Source: Minisyncoccota bacterium
GTDB taxonomy: Bacteria > Patescibacteriota > Minisyncoccia > Phycocordibacterales > JABMNX01
Direction of reading: 5' to 3'
DNA length: 64,000 bases
NCBI GenBank assembly: GCA_026195275.1
Contig: JAPHQU010000003.1
Span: forward strand, 7,852 to 71,851
Below, one piece after another: positions 30,004 to 38,931 of this stretch; positions within the stretch are counted from its first letter, which is position 1; the number at the start of each line of letters is the position of its first letter. Under the pieces are notes generated by a model. That model was given only the letters and a program-made list of their open reading frames with translations, had not been told where the DNA came from and did no database searches. Both the position numbers and the translations under genes were made by a program.

Positions 30004-30219
30004 TACCAATAATAGATATTGACCAAGACACAACGGAGATAAGATAAAAGACCGCCGCAACTTTTGGTTGCGGCGAGGAAAGCGAGTTATTCCGATGAAT
30101 AGTGTTCCTCGAAATACTGCGGCGAGGTGAGACACTTAATGAGCTCACCCAAAAGATCAGAGACCTTCTTGATCAAAGTCATTGTTCAACTCCCTTCATC
30201 TGATACACTGCTATTCAAT

Positions 30220-31191
30220 ATGATACAAGGATTCTGGGCAGAAATCAAAAAACCTTTTTTTGTACTTGCACCGATGGCGGATGTCACCGATGTGGCATTT
30301 CGGCGTGTTATTGCAAAATATGGAAAACCGGATGTCACCTGGACAGAATTTGTCTCAGCTGACGGGCTCTTCCTCGCAACTGACGAAGGCAGAGAAAAGA
30401 TTGAACATGATTTACTCTACACCGAGAATGAGCGCCCGATCGTCGTCCAGTTCTTCACCGCGCATCCCGAGATGATGGAGCGTGCTGCGAGACATGCGGC
30501 AGAACTCGGTTTTGACGGGTTTGATATCAACATGGGGTGTCCCGATCGAAGTGTCGAGAAACAGGGCTCAGGCGCGGCGCTCATGAAAGACCCTAAGCGA
30601 TCGCAGGAACTCATTCGTGCGGCAAAACGCGGCATTGAAAGATCTGGTCGCGATATCCCGGTTTCAGTTAAGACCCGTATCGGTTACAACAAGAATGAAC
30701 TTGAGACATGGCTCCCAATGCTTCTTGAGGTTGAGCCGGCGGCAATCACGGTCCATGCGCGTACACGCAAAGAGATGTCGAAGGTGCCGGCAGACTGGTC
30801 GCAGGTTGAGCGTGCAGTTGAGATCCGTGATGCGCTCGGGAAGAAAACGCTCATCATCGGCAATGGTGATGCGCTTGATATAGAGGATGCACGCAAGAAA
30901 GCACTTGAAAGTGGTTGCGACGGGGTGATGCTTGGTCGCGCTATCTTTGGTAACCCATGGCTATTCTCGGAGAAGAAGGACATCTCGATTGAAGAGAGAC
31001 TCCGTGTCCTTGTTGAACACACCAAACTTTTTGAAGAGCTGCTTGGTGGTGTGAAAAGCTTTGCCGTCATGAAGAAACACTATAAAGCATATGTGCACGG
31101 ATGGGATGGCGCAAAAGAACTACGGATGAAGCTCATGGATGCGGCTGATGCTGCTGAGGTGGAGCAGATTATTTCTAGATACATAGGTTGA
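30220..31191 (+). CDS. tRNA-dihydrouridine synthase
   Basis: LAPMADVTD N-terminal motif and TIM-barrel Dus family. The ORF-track frame begins at 30127; the ATG is at 30220. Confidence 0.85.
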   Translation: MIQGFWAEIKKPFFVLAPMADVTDVAFRRVIAKYGKPDVTWTEFVSADGLFLATDEGREKIEHDLLYTENERPIVVQFFTAHPEMMERAARHAAELGFDGFDINMGCPDRSVEKQGSGAALMKDPKRSQELIRAAKRGIERSGRDIPVSVKTRIGYNKNELETWLPMLLEVEPAAITVHARTRKEMSKVPADWSQVERAVEIRDALGKKTLIIGNGDALDIEDARKKALESGCDGVMLGRAIFGNPWLFSEKKDISIEERLRVLVEHTKLFEELLGGVKSFAVMKKHYKAYVHGWDGAKELRMKLMDAADAAEVEQIISRYIG

Positions 31192-31251
31192 CTGATCCTG
31201 TAAGCGTGTTACTATTATTTTTAGTAAGTTCAATATTTTCAGGGGGCTATA

Positions 31252-31473
31252 GTGAATAGACTTCATGACTTCAGGGTTGGTGAGACGGTTGTGGTGAAGG
31301 AAGAGCTCGCCGCAATTTTCTTAAACGAAAGAGATAAGAGAAGCTGGGCGACCATTCTCAAGGTTGAGCGACGCAGAGGTATGCACCCACTGCTTCACCT
31401 GAGGTTTCCGACCGGGACTAAGGCAACAATTTACACCGATGGTGTGGTTCGTCTCCAAAAGGACAGCGTATAG
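31252..31473 (+). CDS. hypothetical small protein
   Basis: 73-aa ORF, no family recognised. Confidence 0.25.
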   Translation: MNRLHDFRVGETVVVKEELAAIFLNERDKRSWATILKVERRRGMHPLLHLRFPTGTKATIYTDGVVRLQKDSV

Positions 31474-31574
31474 ATCTTTCGTCATCTCGTTCTAACCCCA
31501 CTAAAAAAGCCGTCATCTCGATAGTATGGCGGTTTTTCACTTTCTCCCTAAAAAGTATCTGCTATACTAAGCCC

Positions 31575-32627
31575 ATGTCAGCAGGTTCTCATACAAGCAG
31601 CGCGCTCTACCGCAAATACCGTCCGCAGTCATTCAAGGATGTACTTGGTCAGGAACACATTGTCTCCGTACTTGAGGGTGCTATTGCACAAGGTAATATC
31701 GCCCACGCGTATCTCTTCTCAGGCACGCGTGGCACGGGTAAGACATCGGTCGCGCGCATCCTTGCGCGCGAGATCGGGTGCTCCGACAAGGATCTCTACG
31801 AGATAGATGCTGCGAGCAACCGCGGCATTGACGACATACGCGAACTCCGCGACTCGGTGCACACACTTCCATTTGAATCTCCGTATAAGGTGTATATCAT
31901 CGATGAGGTACACATGCTCACCAAGGAAGCGTTCAATGCACTCTTGAAAACACTCGAAGAACCACCACAGTATGTGGTCTTCGTGCTTGCCACGACCGAG
32001 CTTGAAAAACTCCCCGAGACAATCGTCTCGCGTTGCCAGAGCTTCGCTTTTAAAAAACCGACACAGCAGATGCTCAAGGATATGATTATCCGTGTCGCAA
32101 AAAAGGAAGGCTTCTCCGTCGAGACGGCCGCCGCTGATCTTCTTGCGACTCTTGCTGAAGGATCCTTTCGTGATGCGCACGGGGCACTCCAGAAGATCGT
32201 CTCATCAAGCATTGACAAGAAAGTAAGCGTCGATGAGGTTGAGCAGGTCACCGGCGCTCCGAAGGGCGAGCTGGTAAATGGACTACTTGAAGCACTTCAG
32301 GCGAGAGATCTTAATCAGGCACTTTCCGTGGTCGCGAAGGTTGTCGAGCAGAATGTCGACATGCGCGTCTTTATGAAGATTCTTCTTCAGAAGATGCGCG
32401 CAGTGCTCCTGCTTCGCTATGCGAAAGACATGGAGGACAGTTTTAAAGAGCAGTTTACCAAAGAAGACCTCGACCTCCTCAAGAAGCTCAGCGGGGAAGT
32501 GGAAGTGCATATTAACTCCAAAGTAATCGATGCTCTTCTTGGTGCTTACACTCACACACAACATACATACATCCCACAACTCCCGCTTGAGCTCGCTCTT
32601 GTGAAGCTTCTTGGGAAAGACGAATGA
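31575..32627 (+). CDS. dnaX: DNA polymerase III subunit gamma/tau (short form, domains I-III)
   Basis: Walker A GTRGTGKTS, Walker B IIDEVH, sensor motifs. 350 aa. Confidence 0.9.
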   Translation: MSAGSHTSSALYRKYRPQSFKDVLGQEHIVSVLEGAIAQGNIAHAYLFSGTRGTGKTSVARILAREIGCSDKDLYEIDAASNRGIDDIRELRDSVHTLPFESPYKVYIIDEVHMLTKEAFNALLKTLEEPPQYVVFVLATTELEKLPETIVSRCQSFAFKKPTQQMLKDMIIRVAKKEGFSVETAAADLLATLAEGSFRDAHGALQKIVSSSIDKKVSVDEVEQVTGAPKGELVNGLLEALQARDLNQALSVVAKVVEQNVDMRVFMKILLQKMRAVLLLRYAKDMEDSFKEQFTKEDLDLLKKLSGEVEVHINSKVIDALLGAYTHTQHTYIPQLPLELALVKLLGKDE

Positions 32628-32716
32628 TACTTTAAGAGGACTTGCTCCTTTTTGTAGCAGGCGTATAGTGGTTTCAGAAGTATCTGTTAGAGATTGGAAA
32701 GAAGGAGGTTGGCAAA

Positions 32717-33151
32717 ATGATTAGCAATCTTCATGAATGGAAGGAGGAAGTTTTGCTCGACCGGAGGGGCCGCTGGAAAAGATGTGCGTGGGGTGAGATA
32801 ACCAAGGAATTTAACGATTCCTTGGCCAAGCTGAAGGAACCAGTAGCACTTACTGTCCCCGGATATCCCGAGATCGAGAGGATCCTCAATTTAACGATGC
32901 TCACCGTTGAGTTTTGCGAGAGCGTTAAGGACCCTTCAGCGGACTTCATGGCGAAGAAAAGAGGTATTTACCAAGCCATCTTGAACAACCTCACAAGGAG
33001 TCTGCATGTTGTGGACAGGGTCTCTACATTCTCGGATCTTCCTTCGCAAGAAATCCAGACCAGGATCACCGGACTTTGTGTCACTATCAGTAACATTATG
33101 CGCACAGAGAGATATCTTCTTGAGTGCGAGATATCGGTCTCGGTACACTGA
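32717..33151 (+). CDS. hypothetical protein
   Basis: 144-aa ORF, no family recognised. Confidence 0.3.
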   Translation: MISNLHEWKEEVLLDRRGRWKRCAWGEITKEFNDSLAKLKEPVALTVPGYPEIERILNLTMLTVEFCESVKDPSADFMAKKRGIYQAILNNLTRSLHVVDRVSTFSDLPSQEIQTRITGLCVTISNIMRTERYLLECEISVSVH

Positions 33152-33228
33152 CACGTCAACGCCCGAAGCAAAAGCTTCGGGCGTTACTCACTTGATATTA
33201 CTCAATGCTTCAGGCAAGATATACACAT

Positions 33229-33299
33229 TGCCGGATCGTCTAATGGTAGGACTGCGGTTTTTGGTACCGTCTATCGGGGTTCGAATCCCTGTCCGGCAG
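33229..33299 (+). tRNA. tRNA-Gln (anticodon TTG)
   Basis: Acceptor TGCCGGA/TCCGGCA (U1-A72 as in E. coli tRNA-Gln), anticodon stem-loop GCGGT-TTTTGGT-ACCGT, T-loop GGTTCGAATCC. Confidence 0.75.
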
Positions 33300-33390
33300 C
33301 TAACTAGAGCGCGGGTTCGCGTTCGTCGTTTCGCAAGCGAGCCTTTAGCGCTCAAGTCACTGTGCTCTTGCACTGTGACACGTAGTCCTT

Positions 33391-33429
33391 AGCCCTGTGC
33401 ACCTCCGGGTAGCGCAGGGCTATCTTTTT
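33391..33429 (+). terminator. rho-independent terminator
   Basis: Hairpin agccctgtgcacctccgggtagcgcagggct followed by a T tract. Confidence 0.55.
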
Positions 33430-33597
33430 GTAAAATTATACATGGTACTAGGTGAATATGTGGATGGCTATTAGATTTCTCTTGGGCTTTCTGCTACATA
33501 AGTCCAATCTCGAAGCAAATAAGCACTCCGCTTGCTTTTCTTTGCTGAGAGGCGTAGGTTGGGGGTAGGCATAAATTAAGTTGCATAGGAGAGTGAC

Positions 33598-33939
33598 ATG
33601 GGCGAGCAAGTCCTTATTGACGGCATGTCGTTCGAGGAGTGGGTGGAACTTTTCAAGGATAATTCTGATGAGTTTGAGCGAAAGAGGCTTGCTCTACTTA
33701 ATGCGGAGATTGAAAAGCATCCAGACGAGAACGTACGCGAGCGATTACGTGCAGTCTTGTGGGAATTTGAAACGAGGATGGGTAAGGTGGATAATCCGAT
33801 TGCTCGATTCAATGCAGTTGTAGCGGATCTTCTTGGAAATCGTCTACAAGCGCTTAATGACGCACTTAACAACCCACCTGCTGTTCTACGCGGAGACGGC
33901 GCGGATATTGTCCAACTTTTTCCTGGAGATAAGGAATGA
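33598..33939 (+). CDS. hypothetical acidic protein
   Basis: 113-aa ORF, no family recognised. Confidence 0.35.
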   Translation: MGEQVLIDGMSFEEWVELFKDNSDEFERKRLALLNAEIEKHPDENVRERLRAVLWEFETRMGKVDNPIARFNAVVADLLGNRLQALNDALNNPPAVLRGDGADIVQLFPGDKE

Positions 33940-34006
33940 GAAGGTTTACTTGAAAGAGCTGCGAATATATCGCAGCTCTTTTTCTTTTACCTGGTATACT
34001 TTCTGT

Positions 34007-34525
34007 ATGAAGTCGTACAAGAAGATTGTCGTGAATAACAAGATGCAGCGTGGATATCGCTACGAGCTCACGGCGCGTGAGGGGAAGGATTTTGATAAAG
34101 ACTTCAAGCCGGAGCTCACCCCGAAGCAGATGCTCGCACTCGGTGTCTTTGGTGGAGTGTATATGCGTGACTGCATCAAGGAGTTTCCAAAGGACTGGTT
34201 TACGAAAGCTAAGTTCCAAAAGGAGGGAAGTTACGTGCATGATCCGGAGATAAACTTCTTTGGTGTGAATGCGAGTCAGCCGCTCTCTGTCTGGAGAAAG
34301 AAAGGGTGGATACACAAGGATGACCCTCGTGGATGGCTAGAGTGGTACTGCCGCTACTACAGGGGGCGAAGGCACGAAGACGATGCGCGGCAAATCAAGA
34401 GGTGGAAGGCATTTCGAAGGCATGCGGCGCAAGTGGCGAAGAACTGCCGCAAGGGAGACTTCTCGTGTCGCCCCAAGCAGCGCCAGGCGCTGCTTCACTG
34501 GGCGTATGACAGTCGAAAGATATAA
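34007..34525 (+). CDS. hypothetical basic Trp/Arg-rich protein
   Basis: 173 aa starting MKSYKK. Locally higher GC (about 58% in its 3' half). No family recognised. Confidence 0.4.
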   Translation: MKSYKKIVVNNKMQRGYRYELTAREGKDFDKDFKPELTPKQMLALGVFGGVYMRDCIKEFPKDWFTKAKFQKEGSYVHDPEINFFGVNASQPLSVWRKKGWIHKDDPRGWLEWYCRYYRGRRHEDDARQIKRWKAFRRHAAQVAKNCRKGDFSCRPKQRQALLHWAYDSRKI

Positions 34526-34545
34526 AAGAATTAGATCATAAAAAA

Positions 34546-34582
34546 CAGCCGAGTGTTGCTAGATAAGCAATACTCGGCTGTC
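34546..34582. terminator. bidirectional terminator
   Basis: Long hairpin acagccgagtgttgctagataagcaatactcggctgt. Confidence 0.6.
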
Positions 34583-34596
34583 TGTCATCCTTCGAA

Positions 34597-35325
34597 TCAC
34601 TGTGGTATTCTCGATATCCAGCGTTGGATACCCTCCACAACTTCTCCTCGCTTCTCTGAAGCGAGGACATAGTGTCCTGATTCAGAGACCTCGTATGAGG
34701 TAACGGTAGCCGAAGATCTCTTCCTCAGCTTTGCTCCGAATCGGTGTTGCGCATGCGGTGCGATCCATCGATCTTTAGAACCCCACATGTGAAGTGTTGG
34801 ATACGAATACCCGACAAATCGAGGGGGGCAGAATGCCAATCGGCGTGCTTCCACGCCGGAGACTTCTCTGCCGGACTTCACGATCTCATTCATCTTATCT
34901 TGATGAATTGGAGAAGCAAGTGTTTGATACTCGCGCTCAGAGAGCAGAAAAGTTCTTCCGAGGATGATGTCGGCCACCCGGTCCTTCATAACCTTCACGA
35001 GTTCTTTGGTCGCGAAAGGGATAAAAGCTGGCATAGCCGGTGCTAAGAGGACAACTCCGGCAACATCTTCGCCGGCACGCTCTAGTCGCTCCGCGGCGAT
35101 TCGGACCGCACTCCCTCCGGCAGAGAAGCCGACAAGGAAGATGGTTTGAGGTTTGTTCGCGTGATATGCATCGAGAACGAGTTGCACTCGATCTTCGTGC
35201 GTGCGAACAGTTGCCGTATCAACAAGGACAACATGGTGCCCGTCTGACTCAAGGGTGTCTTTTAATCCCTTGAACGTTGTTTCCGGATGGCCGGCGAGGC
35301 CATCCATACAGATGACTGTTGCCAT
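34597..35325 (-). CDS. alpha/beta hydrolase fold protein
   Basis: GFSAGG nucleophile-elbow motif. Confidence 0.65.
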   Translation of the reverse strand: MATVICMDGLAGHPETTFKGLKDTLESDGHHVVLVDTATVRTHEDRVQLVLDAYHANKPQTIFLVGFSAGGSAVRIAAERLERAGEDVAGVVLLAPAMPAFIPFATKELVKVMKDRVADIILGRTFLLSEREYQTLASPIHQDKMNEIVKSGREVSGVEARRLAFCPPRFVGYSYPTLHMWGSKDRWIAPHAQHRFGAKLRKRSSATVTSYEVSESGHYVLASEKRGEVVEGIQRWISRIPQ

Positions 35326-35510
35326 CGGAACCTCCTCTTGAGGATGAAAGGGAACAAGAAATTACTATTATAATTATATCTAATATCGCCAAAATGTCAA
35401 GTGTATACAGGTTCACACTGCAAGAAAATATGGACGACGTCAGGTGTCGTCCACTCACTCCAGAAGTTACTGTTGGGTACCCAATGCCCAACATATCTTA
35501 AGAGCCAGGT

Positions 35511-36773
35511 CTATACACGATTGCCGGCGACATATCCGGTAGTCCAGCAGAGCTGGAGCGAATAGCCACCCGACGGGCGGTTGATGTGGAGCATGTCGCC
35601 GGTTATGTAGAGGTTGGGGTAGAGTTTTGATTGCATTGTCTTGGTGTCAATCTCGGTGAGTGGTACACCGCCGTCTGAAACAACCGCACGTTCAAACCCC
35701 ATAAGCCCCAAGATAGTAAGTGGTAACCCTTTGAGTGCATGCACAAGTGCTCTGCGTTCCTCTTTGGTGACGCTGTGCACTTTTTTCTCAATAATATCTT
35801 TAAAGGGTGCGATATCTGCAAGCGACTTTGCAGTACCATGCGGGACAATCTCATCGAGGATATTCTTAAAGTCTTTGTTCTTGTGCTGATCGAAGAGCGC
35901 AATAATGCGTCGCTCAAGTTGTGCGAAGTCGGTGTCTGGGTAGCAATCAATAGTTGCGGTAACCACGCCTGCGCGTAAGAGCTCTTTTACCTTTCGTGCG
36001 GCGTTCAAGATGAGTGGTCCAGAGATGCCGAAGTGTGTAAAGAGGATCTTCCCTTCCAAAGAGAATTTTTGGACATTGTCGAGGTAGAAGGTTATCTTCA
36101 TAAACGAAAGCGACGTCCCCGAGAGGTTAGTGACCCAAGTCTCTTCAACACGAAGGGGGACAATGTCGGGACTCGGTTCTCTCACTGTATGACCAAGCTG
36201 TTTCAAGAATCGGAATCCGTCACCTGTCGTACCTGTCTCGGGGTGGGAGACACCGCCGAGCGCGATGATGATATTTTTGCCGATAAAGGATCTATCTCTC
36301 GTGTCTACACGAACAGTGTGAGCGTTTTCAATTGTAATCTTTGTCACGGTGGATTCGGTTTGCACATCGACGTTGCTTTCTCTGACATAGCGCTCCATGA
36401 CCGCAGTGACATCTTTTGCGTTTTGTGTCTTTGGGAACGCGCGCTTGCGTGCTTCGACAACGAGCGGTAACCCGCGCGACTCGAAGAAAGCAAACGTGTC
36501 CTCTACGCCGTATTGTGAGAAGGGGGAGTAGAGTGGCTGCTCCGCATCGCCGTAGTGCGAAAGAAGTGTGCGCGTATCAAACTCGGCGTTGGTGATGTTG
36601 CAGCGCCCGCCTCCGGTGATGTTGAGCTTTTCTCCGAGTCTTCTGTTCTTCTCGATAAGGAGTACGCGTTTACCGCGCTCCGCGGCGCGTCCGGCGGACA
36701 TCATTCCCGAAGGTCCACCACCAATGACCATGACGTCGTATGCTTCTGTCTTGCCGCTGCCTCCTTTCATCAT
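35511..36773 (-). CDS. NAD(P)/FAD-dependent oxidoreductase, HI0933/BaiN-like flavoprotein
   Basis: VIGGGPSG dinucleotide motif plus HI0933-like insert and C-terminal domains. The start is uncertain (36773 or 36812). Confidence 0.7.
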   Translation of the reverse strand: MMKGGSGKTEAYDVMVIGGGPSGMMSAGRAAERGKRVLLIEKNRRLGEKLNITGGGRCNITNAEFDTRTLLSHYGDAEQPLYSPFSQYGVEDTFAFFESRGLPLVVEARKRAFPKTQNAKDVTAVMERYVRESNVDVQTESTVTKITIENAHTVRVDTRDRSFIGKNIIIALGGVSHPETGTTGDGFRFLKQLGHTVREPSPDIVPLRVEETWVTNLSGTSLSFMKITFYLDNVQKFSLEGKILFTHFGISGPLILNAARKVKELLRAGVVTATIDCYPDTDFAQLERRIIALFDQHKNKDFKNILDEIVPHGTAKSLADIAPFKDIIEKKVHSVTKEERRALVHALKGLPLTILGLMGFERAVVSDGGVPLTEIDTKTMQSKLYPNLYITGDMLHINRPSGGYSLQLCWTTGYVAGNRV

Positions 36774-36857
36774 ATGGCGAAAGTATAGCATGTGGTGTGC
36801 GGAGTGGAGCAATATCGTATACTGTAGAAAAAGGTATTAGCGTAATACAAAAAAGAC

Positions 36858-37247
36858 ATGAAAGGATATATCACCAATATTGAAAAGGATACACTTGAGA
36901 ACACCGACTATCGTCGAGTGCTTTACACGGGCAAGAACAGTCAGCTTGTGTTGATGAATCTTCAGCCGGGAGAAGAGATCGGCAACGAGCTTCATGAACT
37001 CGATCAGTTTATCCGCTTTGAGCAGGGGAGTGCAAAAGTGATACTCAACAACGAGGACGAACACGAGGTGAGTGCCGATTTTGCGGTTGTGATCCCTGCG
37101 GGCACCTGGCACAACGTCATCAACACGGGCGATACGGAGCTTAAACTCTACACAGTCTACTCACCGCCCGAGCACAAGGATGGTGTCGTGCAGAGAACAA
37201 AGGAAGACGAGAAAGAAGAGCACTTTGACGGAGTAACCACTGAGTAA
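36858..37247 (+). CDS. cupin domain protein
   Basis: Cupin_2-like G(x)5HxH...G...W region (ELHELDQF ... AGTWHNV). Confidence 0.6.
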   Translation: MKGYITNIEKDTLENTDYRRVLYTGKNSQLVLMNLQPGEEIGNELHELDQFIRFEQGSAKVILNNEDEHEVSADFAVVIPAGTWHNVINTGDTELKLYTVYSPPEHKDGVVQRTKEDEKEEHFDGVTTE

Positions 37248-37467
37248 AGCAAGAGCGCATACGCCCCTGGTATCATCCTGATGAAATTCACTAAGCAGTC
37301 GTTGTTAAGAACGGATTACATCTTCTTGTTTCTGGTGGTAGCGTCCCTGCCGACAGACTTCTTTTTGGTATATTCGTGTGTACTCACTTTGGTGCGTAGA
37401 CACCTTTGCGCAACATCAGGATAACTCCGTGTTATGGATACCACGCCTCTGATATACTTTATGGTAA

Positions 37468-38931
37468 ATGAGCAATACTTCATTTGATTTTAATCTAAAG
37501 ATATTGCCAGCTGCAATCATGTGTGCCGGTCTGGTTGTTCTTCTATTCCTGCACCCTAATGTGTACGATGCGCAAGCGACAACAACTGCCTACCAATTTC
37601 CAAACGTCTTAGCTGACGGATCGCTTGATACTGCGTGCGCGGATGGTGCTGCTCAAGTAACATTTACCGGCTATGTCGTGACTCAGTTGATACCGAGTGC
37701 GAGTGCAAGTTGTTCTGGCGACAAACCGAAAAGAGACAGGGTAAACTACACAATATCTAGTACCGCAGAGCAAGACCTGATCATGTCGTATCTTGATAAT
37801 GGTGGATATGCTGCTGATACAGTGGTCACTGGACAGGCCTCAGGAAATGATATCTATCTGAAAATCAAAGATACTAATGGGACGGGATACATTAAGCTCG
37901 TTGAAGTTAATCCTGCTAATGGTGCGGTTATCTCGACGGTTGACACGTACTCATTTCCAATGACAATGAATATAAAATATTTGGTTACTGACCTATCGGG
38001 CTTGTTTGGTACCATCCCTGCAGGAAGTACATTCGGTATAAAATTATCTATTACCCCCGATGATCTTACGAGTACGCAAGTTGAAACCAAGTTCGGTCTA
38101 TATGGGACCACCGAGAAGCAAGACTTAGTCAATATCGATGAGACCGAGGTGGTTGTTCCTTCTGGCACGGGTGACCCATCGGACGTTGGTGGTGGTCCTG
38201 CTACGCAGGTCTATTTCTCCGGTCAGGCCTACCCATCAAGCACCGTTGAGGTTCTCAGGAGGAGTTTCATTGAAGATGTTTACCGGAATACTCCAGAAAC
38301 GACTATCGTCATGAATCCCGATGGATCGTTTTCAAATACATACGTCGGACTTTTGAGCAGTGACTATGTCTTTACGCTGCGTGCATATGACGTTGACGGA
38401 CGAACCTCAGGAGCACTCTCCTTTGTTGCCGACCTTCTCTTCACTGACACGCTAAGAGTTGAAGACATCTTCTTCCCGCCGACAGTCGGCTTCAGGAAGT
38501 CGGCGGCCCTCAAAGGCGAAGATGTGTATATCGTCGGTTATGCCGCAGGTGGGAATACGGTACTATTAGATGTAGCTGGGGTTGGTGTGCTTGAGACAAC
38601 TGCAGCAACGTCAACCGGATTCTATGAAGTGTCGCTATCGACAGACAATCTTGCAGCGGGGAGTTACTCTGTTGTCGCGAGGCAGATATCAGACACCCAG
38701 GAGAGTAATTACTCCACACCCAGATCATTCCGCGTGAGCACGTGTTGTATTCGGACTGATTTTAACGCTGATAATGAGGTAAATATAACTGATTGGAGTA
38801 TCTTCCTATACCGCTTCCAGTCCCAAGATAAGTCACTCCACGCTTCAGTAGACCTTAATGGCGATGGAAAGACTGATATCACTGACTTTAGTCTCTTCCT
38901 GCAATCCATCACAATACCCGACATCCTCTAA
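37468..38931 (+). CDS. secreted surface protein with C-terminal type-I dockerin module
   Basis: N-terminal signal/TM. The C-terminus has two Ca-binding segments, DFNADNEVNITD and DLNGDGKTDITD, each followed by SxF(L) helices. This is the canonical dockerin duplicated F-hand. Confidence 0.7.
   Translation: MSNTSFDFNLKILPAAIMCAGLVVLLFLHPNVYDAQATTTAYQFPNVLADGSLDTACADGAAQVTFTGYVVTQLIPSASASCSGDKPKRDRVNYTISSTAEQDLIMSYLDNGGYAADTVVTGQASGNDIYLKIKDTNGTGYIKLVEVNPANGAVISTVDTYSFPMTMNIKYLVTDLSGLFGTIPAGSTFGIKLSITPDDLTSTQVETKFGLYGTTEKQDLVNIDETEVVVPSGTGDPSDVGGGPATQVYFSGQAYPSSTVEVLRRSFIEDVYRNTPETTIVMNPDGSFSNTYVGLLSSDYVFTLRAYDVDGRTSGALSFVADLLFTDTLRVEDIFFPPTVGFRKSAALKGEDVYIVGYAAGGNTVLLDVAGVGVLETTAATSTGFYEVSLSTDNLAAGSYSVVARQISDTQESNYSTPRSFRVSTCCIRTDFNADNEVNITDWSIFLYRFQSQDKSLHASVDLNGDGKTDITDFSLFLQSITIPDIL

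Noticed and set aside
33006-33392. 128-aa ORF overlapping tRNA-Gln
   Set aside because: It overlaps the tRNA gene and its terminator hairpin and has Arg/Ser-rich composition, so I regard it as spurious.
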